Shown: positions 27,300 through 41,240 of the stretch, in pieces
How the letters are laid out: each line of letters opens with the position of its first letter
Numbering within the stretch: the first letter of the stretch is position 1
Origin: Malacoraja senta
Taxonomy: Eukaryota
Assembly (NCBI GenBank): GCA_038087875.1
Contig: CM075989.1
Coordinates: 434,001 to 498,000 of the forward strand
DNA length: 64,000 bases
Direction of reading: 5' to 3'
Position numbers and translations under genes: made by a program
The notes under the pieces: generated by a model
The model's input: the letters and a program-made list of their open reading frames with translations, nothing else
Databases searched by the model: none
What the model was told of the DNA's origin: nothing

Positions 27300-28580
27300 A
27301 CTAGCCTGTCCAATCACTTAAGTATTTAATTTGTTTCTATAAGATTCCCACTCTTCTAAATTCCGGTGAATACAAACCCAGTCGACCCATTCTTTCATCA
27401 TCCGTCAGTTCCGCCATCCCAGAAATTACACTGCACTCCCTCGATAGGGAGGTTTCACGGCAGTCGGGTCACGACCCCATGACCCGTACTGTTGCTACGC
27501 TACGCCAAGTGGATTACACGCGATGAACTGCAGGCAGGCACTTACCATTGTTTCCAGCGTAGCGGGCCCGTTAAAACCCGCCGAAATTGTCCATTTTTGC
27601 GCTGTAAATAATTATGGAAATCGTGATAAGCGTGAGAGACATTTAGCCAACTTCTGAATTCAAAAAGTGATGAGAAATGACGGTAGATTGAAGCGAGAGC
27701 TGAAAGGAACAACAACAGCCAGAGTGCTTGGCGAACATTGGCCGTTTGCTCACTGCATTTCATCAACTAAGGCATTATTTGTGTTTTTTCTTGATTCCTT
27801 TGGCATCTAAAAAGTTTCAGAAGGGATAATCGCCCCTGGTTCTCGTGGGTTTTTACATACAAAATTAAAACGCCTCTGAAGCAAAATTTACAACCAGATT
27901 TACCACTTCTGACACTTTTTAGATACCAAAGAAATAAAACAAAAAACAAATAATGCCTTACCGTTAATGAAATGCAGAGAACAAACGCGATAAATCCCGA
28001 TATTTTCAATTCCGATATCTGCACGGCCAATGTTCGACAAGTATTTTAGCTGTTGTTGTCCCTTCAGCTCTCGCTTCTCTTCCCTTCATTTCGCTTCACT
28101 TTTGGAATTCTGAAGTTGGGTACATGTCTCTCACACTTACCCCGACTTCCACAATTTTTTACAGCGAAAAAATTCAACATTTTGGTGGTTTTTAACAGGT
28201 AGGAAAGTACGCATTTCTTGTATTAATAACATATACCGGAAGTTACGGATGTCTTCCAGATGGATTGAGCGGCTCCGCGCGTCAAGCCCTATGACCCGGT
28301 GACCTTACGTGCAACCCCCCTATAGCAAGAATGTCCTTCCGCAAATTACGAGACCAAAACTGCACACAAAACTCCATATGTGGTCTCACCAGGGACCTGT
28401 ACAGCTACAGTAAGACCTCCTTGCTCCTAAACTCAAATCCTCTCGCAATGAAGGCCAACATGCCATTAGCTTTCTTCACTGCCTGATGTACCTGCATGCT
28501 TACTTTCAGTGACTGATGTACAAGCACACCCAGGTCTCTTTGTACGTCCCTTTTCCCTAACTTGACACCATTCAGATACT
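27300..28580 (-). mobile_element. CR1 RT fragment split by the THAP MITE
   Basis: RDLGVLVHQSLKVSMQVHQAVKKANGMLAFI in ORF 28405-28776; continues in 27300-27445. Confidence 0.85.
27446..28321. mobile_element. Non-autonomous DNA transposon with THAP remnants, AT TSD (ISL2EU/Harbinger-like)
   Basis: Imperfect TIRs AGGGAGGTTTCACG / CGTGCAACCCCCCT; AT at 27444-45 and 28322-23; removing it restores the CR1 sequence CTCGATAGCAAGAATG. Confidence 0.75.
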
Positions 28581-28704
28581 GGAGTAACATCTTACACTTT
28601 CTTATCTCTGTGGCTGCCTCTCCTGTCACTCTCAGTCTGAAGGTTTCTTCTCTCCAGAGATACTGCCTGGCTCGCTGAGTTACGCCAGCATTTTGTGTCT
28701 GTGT

Positions 28705-30375
28705 CTTTTTTAATTTTTTTTTAATTTTTACATTATTTTTATTAGAAGTACGGTAAATTACAATAATACACAACACTTATATCTTAATACATTTTTTATA
28801 CCGCTTCATTTTTTTGAGCTTTAAGAGAAAGATAGAAGTAAGAAAAGTAAAGAAAGTGCGCAAGAGTCGTGAAGTGCAAGAGAGTGTTGTGAAAAGAAAG
28901 CCCCTTAGAAAAGAAGTTAGAGAAGGAAGTAAAGTAAGAAAGTAGACCCTAGAAAAGAAAGAAAAAGAAAGTAGGAACAATCGCAGAAAGGGGACCACCA
29001 ACCAAGTCTGTTTTTATTGTTTTACCTCCCATTACCAGGTCCTGATACCATTTCTTTATTTATTTATTTTTTAAATTACTATTGCACCTCATGCTTGTAA
29101 TAGGTCCAGAAACGTAGACCACGTCTTTTGGAATTGGTCTGCTTTACCTGCTAAGAGAAATCTCATCTCTTCCAGATGTAATGTTTCAAACATATTTGAT
29201 GTCCACATTTTTATTGTTGGTGTGGGCGCATTTTTCCAGAATTTAAGTATGAGGTTTTTTCCCATTATTAGCCCGTAATTGAATAAGTTCTTCTAATACA
29301 CGTTTAATTCAGGGATACCTTCCGATATTCCAAAAATGATCCATTCTGGTTTTGGTACCAGTTTTATTTTAATTAATTTTGAAAAAATATCAAATATTTC
29401 ATACCAGAATTTTGGGATTTTTGTACAAAAAACAAAAGAATGCGCTATGGTAGCTTCTTGACATAGACATTTATCACAGATTGGTGAAACATTAGGAAAG
29501 ATTTTATTTAATTTAGTTTTGAATAATATAGTCTATGTAATGTTTTGAATTGGATGAGCGTATGTCATACGTTGATCGAACATTTATGCACCTGTAGTAA
29601 ATGGTTATCCCAGCTCTCTTTTGAAATTTTTATAGCTAATTCTTGTTCCCAGTCTCTTCTAATTCCATCTGTTGTGGGTATTTCTATTTTTAAAATGATA
29701 TTATATAAGTACGATATTAGATTAGCTTATTCCGCCTTTGTCTTCATTGCTTCATCTAGTAAGTCGGGAGGCATATTATGATAGTCTTTTGTGTATATTT
29801 TCAGGTAATCACGAATTTGTAGATATTTAAAATATTGGTTATTTTTCAAATTATATTTCAGTTGTAGTTGTTGAAATGATAGTAATTTTCCCAATTCGTA
29901 CAGATCTTCGAGCGTTTTGATTCCCATTCATTCCCATTGTATAAATGATTTGTCTATGGTTGAAGGTTTAAACGATGGGTTATTAACTATTGGTATTGAG
30001 AGAGATAGGTTTCTTAATTTTAGATTCTGTTTTATTTGTTTCCATGTTCTAATTGTGCTATTTATAATTGGATTTTTATTATAATTTTTATTATTCAAAT
30101 TTATTGGAGAGAGAATAATCGCTCCTATATTACTCGGGGAGCAGTCCCCTTTTTCCATTACAATCCAGTCCGCCTGCTGGGCAGAATTGTCCAGCAGGTG
30201 AATCATATTTTTAATATTTACTGCCCAATTATAATACATAAAGTTAGGGAGCGCGAGACCCCCCAACTCTTTTCGTTTATTAAGGTGAGCTCTTTGTATT
30301 CTATGGGATTTATAATCCCATATAAAATTTGTAATGTCTGAGTCCAATTTTTTGAAAAACTTTTTTGGGAGATTT
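28705..30375 (-). mobile_element. L1 3' fragment (ORF2 C-terminus, 3' UTR, poly-A)
   Basis: FIWDYKSHRI..GGLALPNF..YFKYLQIRDY; T-run at about 28705-28725. Confidence 0.88.
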
Positions 30376-30674
30376 TGTGTATGAACCAGCATCTGCAGTT
30401 CCTTGTGATAGGGCAACGTTTCAGGCCTACTTGGCTACTTGTCAAACTTTGTTCGAGTTGAGAAATGTCATTCTCTAATTTTAGTTAAGCATCCAACAAC
30501 CTACCTTCCACTCGTTGATTGCGGAATGAATATTGATTTCTCTAACTTCAAGTAACCCTTACATACCATCTCTCTCCATCCCTCCCTCCCCCGTCATACC
30601 AGCTTCAAAGTCGTCCTGTTGAGTCTCACTGTCTGTAACTCGATAACCTTAGCATCTGCTTTGTTCTGTCATTT

Positions 30675-32403
30675 TCACATCTCGCCCTTCCATATCTCCA
30701 ATTCCCGCCGTGCCAGATGCAGTTTATCCGGCGGCAGTCGGCACGCTCGTGTGTGCAGAGGTGGGCCGGTAGTCTGAATAAAATGTACCACTCCGTGGCT
30801 GGGGGTTGGTGATCGAAACTGCGGGGTCATAATGTCTGGAACGCGGCCAAGATACGTGCGAAGCGGGAGTCCACGGACGACAGGGGCCGTCCCACCGGTT
30901 GAGACGAACGCAACGTGATCGGCTCCATCGTAGCGGCGTTGACCAAGCGCTGACGCCTGACGTCCACTATGAGGGAATGTGCCCGGAGGAAATCGGCCCG
31001 AGCAATGGCTGGGAGACGTCGGCAATGGTGAACTGCCACGAGAAATGGCAGGAGCCGAACACGATTGGAACCATGCGCACTCCATATGTGCGGATGGGGC
31101 TGCCATTCGCCGCGGTGAGGACGGGCCCCTGCTTACCGGAACGAATGTCGGCCAGCGAAGGGGGCAGGACGCTGAGCTCCGCTCCAGTATCAACGAGGAA
31201 GCGGGTCCCGGAGCGCCGATCCCAGGCGAAGAGGCGGTGAATTTGGCCGGCCGCCGCGGGAACTATTGGCAGCCGGACCAGGCATTTCCTGGGAACGTGC
31301 ATGGCTGGCGGCATAGTCGTGCTGCAGCACCCCAGCGCTGGTGGTAGTAGCACCAGCGCCTCATGTTGGTGTTACTTGAAGCTTGCTGGCTCCTGTTGGT
31401 GGTGCCTGCAGCTTGCTGCCGCTGGACTGCAGGTGCAGTACCCCTCACGGAGGGGGGGGCGATCTGACGGCCCGTCGGGCTGGAGCTATCACTCCTTCCA
31501 CAGCTCCCCCGCCCCACCGGAGGAAATCGGGAGCTGCCGGGGTGACGTCATCGGCACGCCTGCCGACGGCCAGCGCGTTGCCGTCATCAGGGCGCGTCGG
31601 CCTCAGCACGTCCCCGTCTCTGCTGACGGCCAGCGCGCTGACGTCATCAGGGCGCGCCATCCACAGCGCGTCGGCGCGCCTCCCGAAGTCCCTGATGTCG
31701 GCGAAGGAGACGTCTGTGAGCTGCAGACGAATGCAGGCCGGCAGTAGATGCAGGTAAGTGTATTCGAATAGCGGCGTGTGCCCGTCCAGTAGAGCCACCA
31801 TCTCCTTTAGGAGGCTTGATGGCCGTCGGTCGCCTAGGCCCTCGATATGCAGGATCCTTGCAGCACGCTCCATCCTACTTAGACCATAAATCTGGAGCAG
31901 GAGCTCCTTAAGGCCGAGATATTTATCAGTGTCCGGGGGGGCTGCGAGGAAGTCCGTGACCTCCTCAACCGTGTCCTGGTCGAGAGCCCCCACCAGGCAA
32001 TAGAAGCGGGTGGCATCGACCGTGATGCCCCGCAGGTTGAACTGGGCCTCCGCCTGCTGGAACCAGATAAGCGGCCGGGTGGTCCAGAAGGTAGGCAGAT
32101 TCACCGAGACCGCGTCCAGAGACAGGGCCGGGCCGGCCTGTGAGGAGGTAGGGCTTTGTCTTCCCTCCATCATGACGCCAATGGAGCGTCGGGGTCACCA
32201 ATGTGGTGCGTGTTTCTCGAAAGTAAGCACGAAGTCCAGTGTTTTGAGAAGCACCTTTTATTACGTCCTCCCAGCTGTAGGGAAGACCAAACAAGAGAAA
32301 GATGGCACCCAAACACTCTAGCTAAGGGCCGCCTCCGGACTGAACCACTCCCGTGCCGAGGGGTTCGACAGGTATAATGGCACGACCCTTGGGAGCCGCC
32401 ACA
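30675..32403 (-). mobile_element. Gypsy LTR retrotransposon 5' part (LTR, PBS, gag, protease, RT start), decayed
   Basis: LTR 32202-32403 (TGTGG..CCACA); gag LPTFW..WFQQAEAQF; CYYH Cys/His knuckle remnant; protease FLVDTGAELSVLP; HGVVHFIQTTGPP. Confidence 0.9.
32187..32200 (-). promoter_or_regulatory. Primer binding site, tRNA-Trp type
   Basis: TGGTGACCCCGACG 1 nt after the LTR; matches the start of the tRNA-Trp PBS known from avian retroviruses. Confidence 0.8.
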
Positions 32404-35400
32404 GTGGTATATTATTCAGTTTTAAAGCTTTTTTTAATTGTTTCCAAATTCGTATTCCACTATGTATTATAGGGTTTTCCTTATAGTTTTTTTAATGCAG
32501 TTTTGTGGGAGCAAATATAATCGAACCTATTTCAAAAGGTAAACAGTCTTCCTTTTCCATCCTTAACCATTCTGGTTGTTGATCCATTTATTCCAGCCAG
32601 TAATTCATGTTTTTAATATGGCCTGCCCAAAAATAAAATAAGGAATTTGGCAAGGCCAACCCTCCGTTGCTCTTTGACTTACATAAATGTTTTTTACTTA
32701 TTCTATGATTCTTATATTCCCAAATAAAGCTTGTAACAATGGAATCAACTTTTTTGAAAATGTTTTTTGGGATATATATCGGAATTAATTGAAATAAGTA
32801 TAGTAGTTGCGGTAAGAAAATCATTTTTATAGCATTAATTCTACCAAGCATTGAAATGGGAAATGTTTTCCAGTACTGAATATGCTTGTGTTAGGGATGG
32901 AAAATTTAGTTTAAATAAAGAGGTATATGTCTTAGTTACGTAGATTCCTAAATATTTAAGTTTATCTTTAACTATTTTAAAAGGGGATTGTTGTATTGTA
33001 TTTAAATTGAATTTTGTTATTGGCATGATTTCACTTTTATTCTAGTTAATTCTATATCCTGAGAACTGACCAAATTGTGTTATTAGATTTAATAGATTTG
33101 GAATACTAGTTTCTAACTTTGTAATATATATTAGTACATCATCTGCATAAAAGGAAATGTTATTCCTTGTATCTCTAGTGTTGTATCCATGTATTCCTGG
33201 ATGGTTTCTAACGCTTTCTGCTAATGGTTCAATTGCAAGAGCAAATAATAGTGGGGATAGTGAACATCCTTGTCTACAACCTCTAGAAAGATTAAATTTA
33301 GCTGATAACATTTGGTTTGTTAATATTCTAGCTGTTGGATTAGAGTATAACAATTTAACCCATGTACAGTACTTCTCTCCCAATTGAAATTTTTTCATTA
33401 CCGAAAATAAATATGTCCATTCTACCTGGTCAAATGCCTTTTCAGCATCTAACGAAATAATTGCTAGATCTGCATTAGGAATTCTATTTGTATATATAAT
33501 ATTGAATAGTTTTCTCAAATTATAAAAGGAGTAACGTTTTGAAATAAAACCTGTTTGGTCGGGGTGTATTAATTTGTTAATCACTAAGCTCAATCTATGA
33601 GATAGGATTTTGGTTAATATTTTCTGATCAGTATTTAAGAGAGCTATTGCTCTATATGAACCTGGGTCTTCAGGGTCCTTATCCGGTTTCGGTATAAGTA
33701 TGATTGTAGATTCAAATAGAGTTTCTGGGAATTTCTGTTGAGTGTAAGCTTGTTTGTAAAGTGTCTGTAGGCGTGGAGAAATCAGATCGTAAAATGTTTA
33801 ATAAAATTCAGAGCTTAGACCACCAGGACCTGCGGCCTTTCCGTTTTTTTAAAGATCTGATTGACTCTTCGATGTCTTTTACCATAATTTCTACATCTAG
33901 TGATTCTCTCTCTTTCTTATCTAAACCTGTAAGATTACATTTCTGTAGATTGGATGGGTATATGGACGGGAAAGGAATGGAGGGTTATGGTCTGAGTGCA
34001 GGTAGATGGGACTAGTGGGAAGTATTTATTAAAAAAAAAAATAATAATAATAATAATAATAATAATAATTATAATAATGTTCGGCACGGACTTGAAGGGC
34101 CGAGATGGCCTGTTTCCGTGCTGTAATGGTTATATGGTTATATAGAAATGTTTCCATTCCTGCTGATTGTTCTGTTGTTTTAGATGAATACAGTTTTTGA
34201 TAATATTGTAAAAATCTATCATTAATATCTAATTTTGTAAATTGTTTTTTCCCTGTCCTGTTTACGAAGTTGACGCGCTAATAGTTTTTGTGGTTTATCT
34301 CCAAATTCAAGGTTTAATTGCTTTGTATGTTGATATAGTTTTATAACTTGGTCTGAGTATATCTTGTTTAACTTATATTTCAGTACTGCAATTTTATTGT
34401 GTTTTGCCATAGATGGTGCTATTGCATTTTCTATGTCTAATTGCCTTATTTCCATTTCCAAAGTCTGTTGTTTGGCCCTATTCTCTATGTTAAGAAATGA
34501 TTGGGAAGAGATTAATGCTCCTCGCACAAATGCTTTAAATGTTTCCCAAAGAAGGGAGGCAGAGATTCCAGGGCTGTCATTAGCCTCAAAAAACATATTA
34601 ATCCAGTGTACAATTTAAGTCTCCACCGATAATTAAGTTATGTTGTGTACATTCCGGGATAATGTTAAGTATTCTCTTAAAAAACAGGGGGCTATCAAAA
34701 TTTGGTCCATACACATTAAGGAGAGTCACTTTTTTTGAGTATAACTCCCCTACTAATACAATATATCTGCCTTCAATATCTTCTGTCGTTGATATACGTT
34801 TAAAGGGTATACCTTTACGAATTAATATTGCAACACCTCTAGATTTATGTGAGAATGAAGAGTGATACGTTTTAGCAATCCATTTGGCTTTCAATCTATG
34901 TTGTGCTTCCTTTTTAAGATGCGTTTCCTGGAGAAATATTACATCTGCTTTAAGTGATTTAAAGCAGATGTAACGTAAGCTAATACTTTACCTCTCTTGA
35001 TTGGTTCATTAATTCCCTTAACATTCCAGCTACAGAATTTAATTCCTTCACCCCCAATTTTCATATTAACGTCTTGCATCTTGTGATTAAAGTGGTCTAT
35101 GTTGGAGCAGATGGCTCAGCACATTAAACCCTACCTTATACCCGAACCTCAGGTAGATGAATTTTAGGTCTTGTCGGTTTTCCATCCGGACATATCTCCC
35201 TAAATAAAATATATAATTCCATTCCAAATACAAAATATAATATAACATAAGAATGAAAAGGTTAAAAAATGTTGCATTAGTAACGTGTAAAGAGTAGAAA
35301 AAGAAGAAAACTACAACTATGATTAGTGCAGTTAGTGATAGCCACTTGGTGGCTAAACATCTAAAGACTTCCGTAGCTTTTGTTAAAAAATATATATATA

Positions 35401-35530
35401 TTACTAGCTCCGTAATTTCCTTAAAAGAAAAGTTTCAATTACAATGAAAACAATTTATGAGGGGGAGGGAAACAATAGTTTTATTCCATAATTGAAATAA
35501 TTGTTAGTCTCCAATTGAAATGTTAGTATC
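32404..35530 (-). mobile_element. L1 ORF2 remnant plus inter-ORF spacer, related to the 2365 element; small CR1/SINE-tail insert at about 33945-34145
   Basis: Minus ORFs 34598-34894, 34222-34596, 33042-33593 (LDAEKAFD, FYADD), 32588-32851. Confidence 0.9.
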
Positions 35531-35536
35531 GTATAG

Positions 35537-36575
35537 TAGGTATGTTACAAAACTTACCTTCAATGGCGCTGTAATTCTGCCACTGACCGTGTGCGCGATT
35601 TTGGCGCCTTTAAGGGGGGGGCGGGCTTAAAACGCGGGTTTCTCCTACCTTGTCCTGAATTATATTTCGTTGGAGTACAAGCGTTTGCTGAAAAATCGTT
35701 CCTAGGGGCGTTTTGTGAATTTTTTATTTTTATTAAATCGACAATGTCAGCCCTGGAGTCATTTTAAAAGCAGCTCCTGAAGCCATCAACGCCGATAACG
35801 GGGACGGATTTCACACACGGGACAGGTAAACGAAAGTGGTTTCTTTTAATGTATAAAAGTGCTTCTTAAGAAGCCTTTAATTCACATTTTTTCATGCGAA
35901 ATGGTGATTTTATTCCCCGAACTAACGGCAGTATTTTTCATGCCAATACGGGGTTAAATTCACCGCAAATGAACGTTCCAAATGATCGCGTTCCAGAAAT
36001 CCTCACTCACAAGATGATTTAAAAGCCCATTAATTTACAGGTATTAAACATTCAATTCCTTCCATTTGGCCTGTAAATTCATGACAATGAGATAAAAAAA
36101 TTATGTTATATTGTGAATTCTTGTGTGAATGTTATTTGGCCACAGGCTATTTAAAAATGTTAATCTATTCTTAAGAAATTGATAGATGTTTAGATCTAGT
36201 AATTGAATTTTGCAATTAGCTACAATTAGGTAACTAACTAATTATATGCTTTAATTTCATGTCTTCTAAGTAAGATTGTTTCATATTTGTTTCAGAATGC
36301 ATCAATCTATAATAACTGAAAATGTCTTTCAGTTCTCTTAATTTTTAAGAAAGTTATGGGCTTTTAACTGTCCTCGATCACAGCTTTTGTATTAAGTCAA
36401 TGGAAAAGCAATAGGGAACAAGATGCTAATTTCCAAGTATGAAAATGGCCATAACGTTTTTAATACTGAAGATATGAAAGTGAATTAGGTGTCAAATTAA
36501 ACTTCTTTTTATGCTTTCTGATGGGATCAATTGCAGACTTTATTTTTAAAATCTCAAAATTTTGTAACATTGCTA
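35537..36575. mobile_element. About 1.04-kb MITE (hAT-like TAG termini)
   Basis: TIRs TAGGTATGTTACAAAA / TTTTGTAACATTGCTA; inverted near-identical copy at 50655-51697. Confidence 0.85.
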
Positions 36576-36920
36576 CTAGATGCAGGAAACATGTTCTCCA
36601 TGTGGGAAGTCCAAAACCAGTGGCCACAGTTTAAGAATATGGGGTAGGCCATTTAGGACTGAGATGAGGAAAAACTTTACACCCAGAGAGTTGTGATTCT
36701 GTGGAATTATCTGCCACAGAAGGTAGTGGAGGCCAATTCACTGGAGGTTTTCAAGAGAGAGTTAGATTTAGCTCTTCCGGCTAATGAAATCAAGGGATAT
36801 GGGGAGAAAGCAGGAACGGGGACTGATTGTGGATGATCAGTCGTGATCATACATCATATTGAATGGCGGTGCTGGCTCAAAGGGCCAAATGGCCTACTCC
36901 TGCACTTATTGCCTATGTAA
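36576..36920 (+). mobile_element. CR1 3' fragment
   Basis: Typical CR1 ORF2 end and GGCCAAATGGCCTACTCCTG terminus. Confidence 0.85.
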
Positions 36921-36989
36921 AAGCTTTTCACTCCACATCACCGTCTATATCTTTTCTGCGACTCACAGTCTGAGGAAGGGTCTCAACAT

Positions 36990-39900
36990 TTCTGGATCAT
37001 TGGGACCTCTTTTGTGGAAGGTGCGACCTGTACAAAATGGATGGGTTGCACTTGAACCTGAGGGGGACCGATATCCTGGCGGGGAGATCTGCAAAGGCTA
37101 CTGGGGAGACTTTAAACTAGAATGGTTGGGGAGAGGGACTCAAATAGAGAATGCTATTAGACAGTGTGTGAGGCAGGAGGCATAGAAGGAAAGCACTCAG
37201 ACCCAACATGTAGGGGGGAAAGAAGAAAACAATAATAAACAGAGAATAAGAGGTGGTGGATTCTTAAATGGGTGAGCAGAGAAACAGAGAGGTGTAAAAT
37301 GCGGGCGGAAGCAACAGGTAGCAAGGTGAAAAGTAAAAGTGGCAGGCAGACAAATCCAGGGCAAAAATCAAAACGGGCCACTTTTCAACATAATTGTATA
37401 AGGGGTAAGAGCATTGTAAAAACAAGCCTGAAGACTTTGTGTCTCAATGCAATCAGCATTCGTAATAAGGTGGATGAGTTGAACGTGCAGATAGCAATTA
37501 ATGATTATGATATAGTTGGGATCACGGAGACATGGCTCCAGGGTGACCAAGGCTGGGAGCTGAACATCCAGGGATATTCAATATTCAGGAGGGATAGAGA
37601 GAAAGGAAAAGGAGGTGGGGTAGCGTTGCTGTTTAGAGAGGAGATTAACGCAGTGGAAAGGAAGGACATTAGCTTGGAGGATGTGGAATCGGTATGGGTA
37701 GAGCTGCGAAACACTAAGGGGCAGAAAACGCTGGTGGGTGTTGTGTACAGGCCACCTAGCAGTAGTAGTGAAGTTGGGGATGGCATCAAACAGGAAATTA
37801 GAAATGCGTGCAACAAAGGCAAAACAGTTATAATGGGTGACTTCAATCTACATATAGATTGGGTGAATCAAATTGGCAGGGGTGCTGAGGAAGAGGATTT
37901 CTTGGAATGTATGCGGGATAGTTATCTAAACCAACATGTAGAGGAACCAACGAGAGAGCAGGCTATTCTAGACTGGGTATTGAGTAATGAGGAAGGGTTA
38001 GTTAGCAGTCTTGTTGTGCGTGCCCCCTTGGGCAAGAGTGACCATAATATGGTTGAGTTCTTCATTAGGATGGAGAGTGACATTGTTAATTCAGAAACAA
38101 CGGTTCTGAACTTAAAGAAAGGTAACTTTGAGGGTATGAGACGTGAATTGGCCAAGATTGACTGGCAATTAGTTCTAAAAGGGTTGACGGTGGATATGCA
38201 ATGGAAGGCATTTAAAGACTGCATGGATGAACTACAAAAATTGTTCATCCCAGTTTGGCAAAAGAATAAATCAGGAAAGGTAGTGCATCCGTGGATAACA
38301 AGCGAAATCAGGGATAGTATCAAAGCAAAAGATGATGCGTACAAATTAGCCAGAAAAGCAGCATACCAGAGGACTGGGAGAAATTCAGAGACCAGCAGAG
38401 GAGGACAAAGGGCTTATTTAGGAAAGGGAAAATAGATTATGAAAGAAAACTGGCAGGGAACATAAAAACTGACTGCAAACGTTTTTATAGATATGTGAAG
38501 AGAAAGAGATTAGTTAAAACAAATGTAGGTCCCTTGCAGTCAGAAACAGGTGAATTGATCATGGGGAACAAGGATATGGCGGACCAATTGAATAACTACT
38601 TTGGTTCCGTCTTCACTAAGGAAGACATAAATAATCTGCCGGAAATAGCAGGGGGCCGCGGGTCAAAGGAGATGGAGGAACTGAGTGAAATCCAGGTTAG
38701 TCGGGAAGTGGTGTTGGGTAAATTGAATGGATTAAAGGCCGATAAATCACCAGGGCCAGATAGGCTGCATCCCAGAGTACTTAAGGAAGTAGCTCCAAAA
38801 ATAGTGGAAGCATTAGTGATAATATTTCAAAACTCTTTAGATTCTGGAGTAGTTCCTGAGGATTGGAGGGTAGCAAACGTAACCCCACTTTTTAAGAAGG
38901 GAGGGAGAGAGAAAACGGGGAATTACAGACCAGTTAGTCTAACATCGGTAGTGGGGAAACTGCTAGAGTCAGTTATTAAAGATGGGATAGCAGCACATTT
39001 GGAAAGTGGTGAAATCATTGGACAAAGTCAGCATTGATTTATGAAAGGTAAATCGTGTCTGACGAATCTTATAGAATTTTTCGAGGATGTAACTAGTAGA
39101 GTGGATAGGGGATAACCAGTGGATGTGTTGTATCTGGACTTTCAGAAGGCTTTCGACAAGGTACCACATAAGAGATTAGTATACAAACTTAAAGCACACG
39201 GTATTGGGGGTTCAGTATTGATGTGGATAGAGAACTGGCTGGCAAACAGGAAGCAAAGAGTAGGAGTAAACGGGTCCTTTTCACAATGGCAGGCAGTGAA
39301 CAGTGGGGTACCGCAAGGCTCAGTGCTGGGACCCCAGCTATTTACAATTTATATTAATGAACTGGATGAGGGAATTGAAGGCAACATCTCCAAGTTTGCA
39401 GATGACACTAAGCTGGGGGGCAGTGTTAGCTGTGAGGAGGATACTAGGAGACTGCAAGGTGACTTGGATAGGCTGGGTGAGTGGGCAAATGTTTGGCAGA
39501 TGCAGTATAATGTGGATAAATGTGAGGTTATCCACTTTGGTAGCAAAAACAGGAAAGCAGACTAATATCTAAATGGTGGCCGATTAGGAAATGGGGAGAT
39601 GCAGCGAGACCTGGGTGTCGTGGTACACCAGTCATTGAAAGTAGGCATGCAGGTGCAGCAGGCAGTGAAGAAAGCGAATGGTATGTTAGCTTTCATAGCA
39701 AAAGGATTTGAGTATAGGAGCAGGGAGGTTCTACTGCAGTTGTACAGGGTCTTGGTGAGACCACACCTGGAGTATTGCGTACAGTTTTGGTCTACAAATC
39801 TGAGGAAGGACATTATAGCCATAGAGGGAGTGCAGAGAGGGTTCACCAGACTGATTCCTGGGATGTCAGGACTTTCATATGAAGAAAGACTGGATAGACT

Positions 39901-40310
39901 TGGCTTATACTCGCTAGAATTTAGGAGATTGAGAGGGTATCTTATAGAAACGTACAAAATTCTTATGAGGTTGGACAGGCTAGATGCAGGAAGATTGTTC
40001 CCGATGTTGGGGAAGTCCAGGAGAAGGGGTCACAGCTTAAGGATAAGACCGAGATGAGGAAAAACTTTTTCACACAGAGAGTGGTGAATCTCTGGAACTC
40101 TCTGCCACAGAGGGTAGTTGAGGCCAGTTCATTGGCTATATTTAAGAGGGAGTTAGATGTGGCCCTTGTGGCTAAAGGGATCAGGGGGTATGGAGAGAAG
40201 GCAGGTACGGGATACTGAGTTGAATGGCAGTGCAGGCTCGAAGGGCCGAATGGCCTACTCCTGAAGGGCCGAATGGCCTACTCCTGCACCTATTTTCTAT
40301 GTATCTATGT
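36990..40310 (+). mobile_element. CR1 LINE with nearly complete but disrupted ORF2
   Basis: APE (37272-38435), RT pieces (38495-40057) with stops and frameshifts, 3' hairpin and TTTCTATG tail. Confidence 0.95.
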
Positions 40311-40379
40311 AACCTTGAAACGTCGCCCATTCCTTCTCTCCAGAGACGCTGCCCATCCCGCTGCGTTACTGCAGCATTA

Positions 40380-41240
40380 GGTTTGCAGCCTCTGCTGTGA
40401 TTGTTTCCCCTCCCCCCCACCCAACCCCAGGTGGTGTAGGAGCTACGGGGTCGGTTGGCCAAGCCGTGGACGGGGACGGCGATGGGCGGCTCCAATAGGC
40501 GGAGGGCGCTGTCTGTCTGTCCGAGTGGCGGGGCTACGGCTCGACCTATAGGAAGCAATCACCTGCAGCGGGGGGCAGGGACACGGCTCTGATGGGTTGG
40601 ATGCACGGTCCTTTGTGATGTCAGTGATGGGGAGGCAGGGCCTGTTCCCATTGGCCGTTGGCGTGAGGCGGGCCGATGCGTAGTGGACGTCGATGGGAGG
40701 AGGCAGCCGCCGCAGCTCATCCCCGCGTCCTTTCCCAAACCCCACTTCCCTTCCCGAGGGCGATCCTGCGGCCGGCGACCCGAGGCTTGCGGGCGGGGAT
40801 GTCAGGTCTCAGCGCCCTCTGACTGTAGCTCCTACCTGACGGCGGAGGGTGTGGTGTAACGTCTCTGGTCCTCCAACTGCAGCGTTAAGCGGGCGGCGGA
40901 GACCGCGGCGCACCGTCTATGTTTGTCTGTCTGCAGCACCCCCTGTCTATTGAAGAGCTCAGTACAGTGCCTCTTGACCTCCAACTGTAGTGCCTGCTGG
41001 CACCTATCCATGTTCCCTACAGATGCTGCCCGACCCGCTGAGTTACTCCAGCACTCTGTGACCTTCTTCCCATGATGCATGCCGCCCCCATGTGACTCAG
41101 CGGCAATCACAGGCAAGGCGGTGCCAGTAGAGCACCGGTCGTACATGTGGCAGTCGTCACAGCGCAGGGCGGGGGTACATCATGGCACAGGGCGGCTGGC
41201 TGGCGGGCAGCTCGACGCTGATCTCGGATTCTGGGCGCCC
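40380..41240 (+). promoter_or_regulatory. CpG-island-like region upstream of the ZNF gene
   Basis: GC- and CpG-rich, CCAAT/ATTGG and GGGCGG boxes, ZNF143-like site at 41066-41083. Confidence 0.6.

Noticed and set aside
30675..32200. High-GC island suggesting bacterial contamination or HGT
   Set aside because: Explained by Gypsy gag/protease with LTR and PBS.
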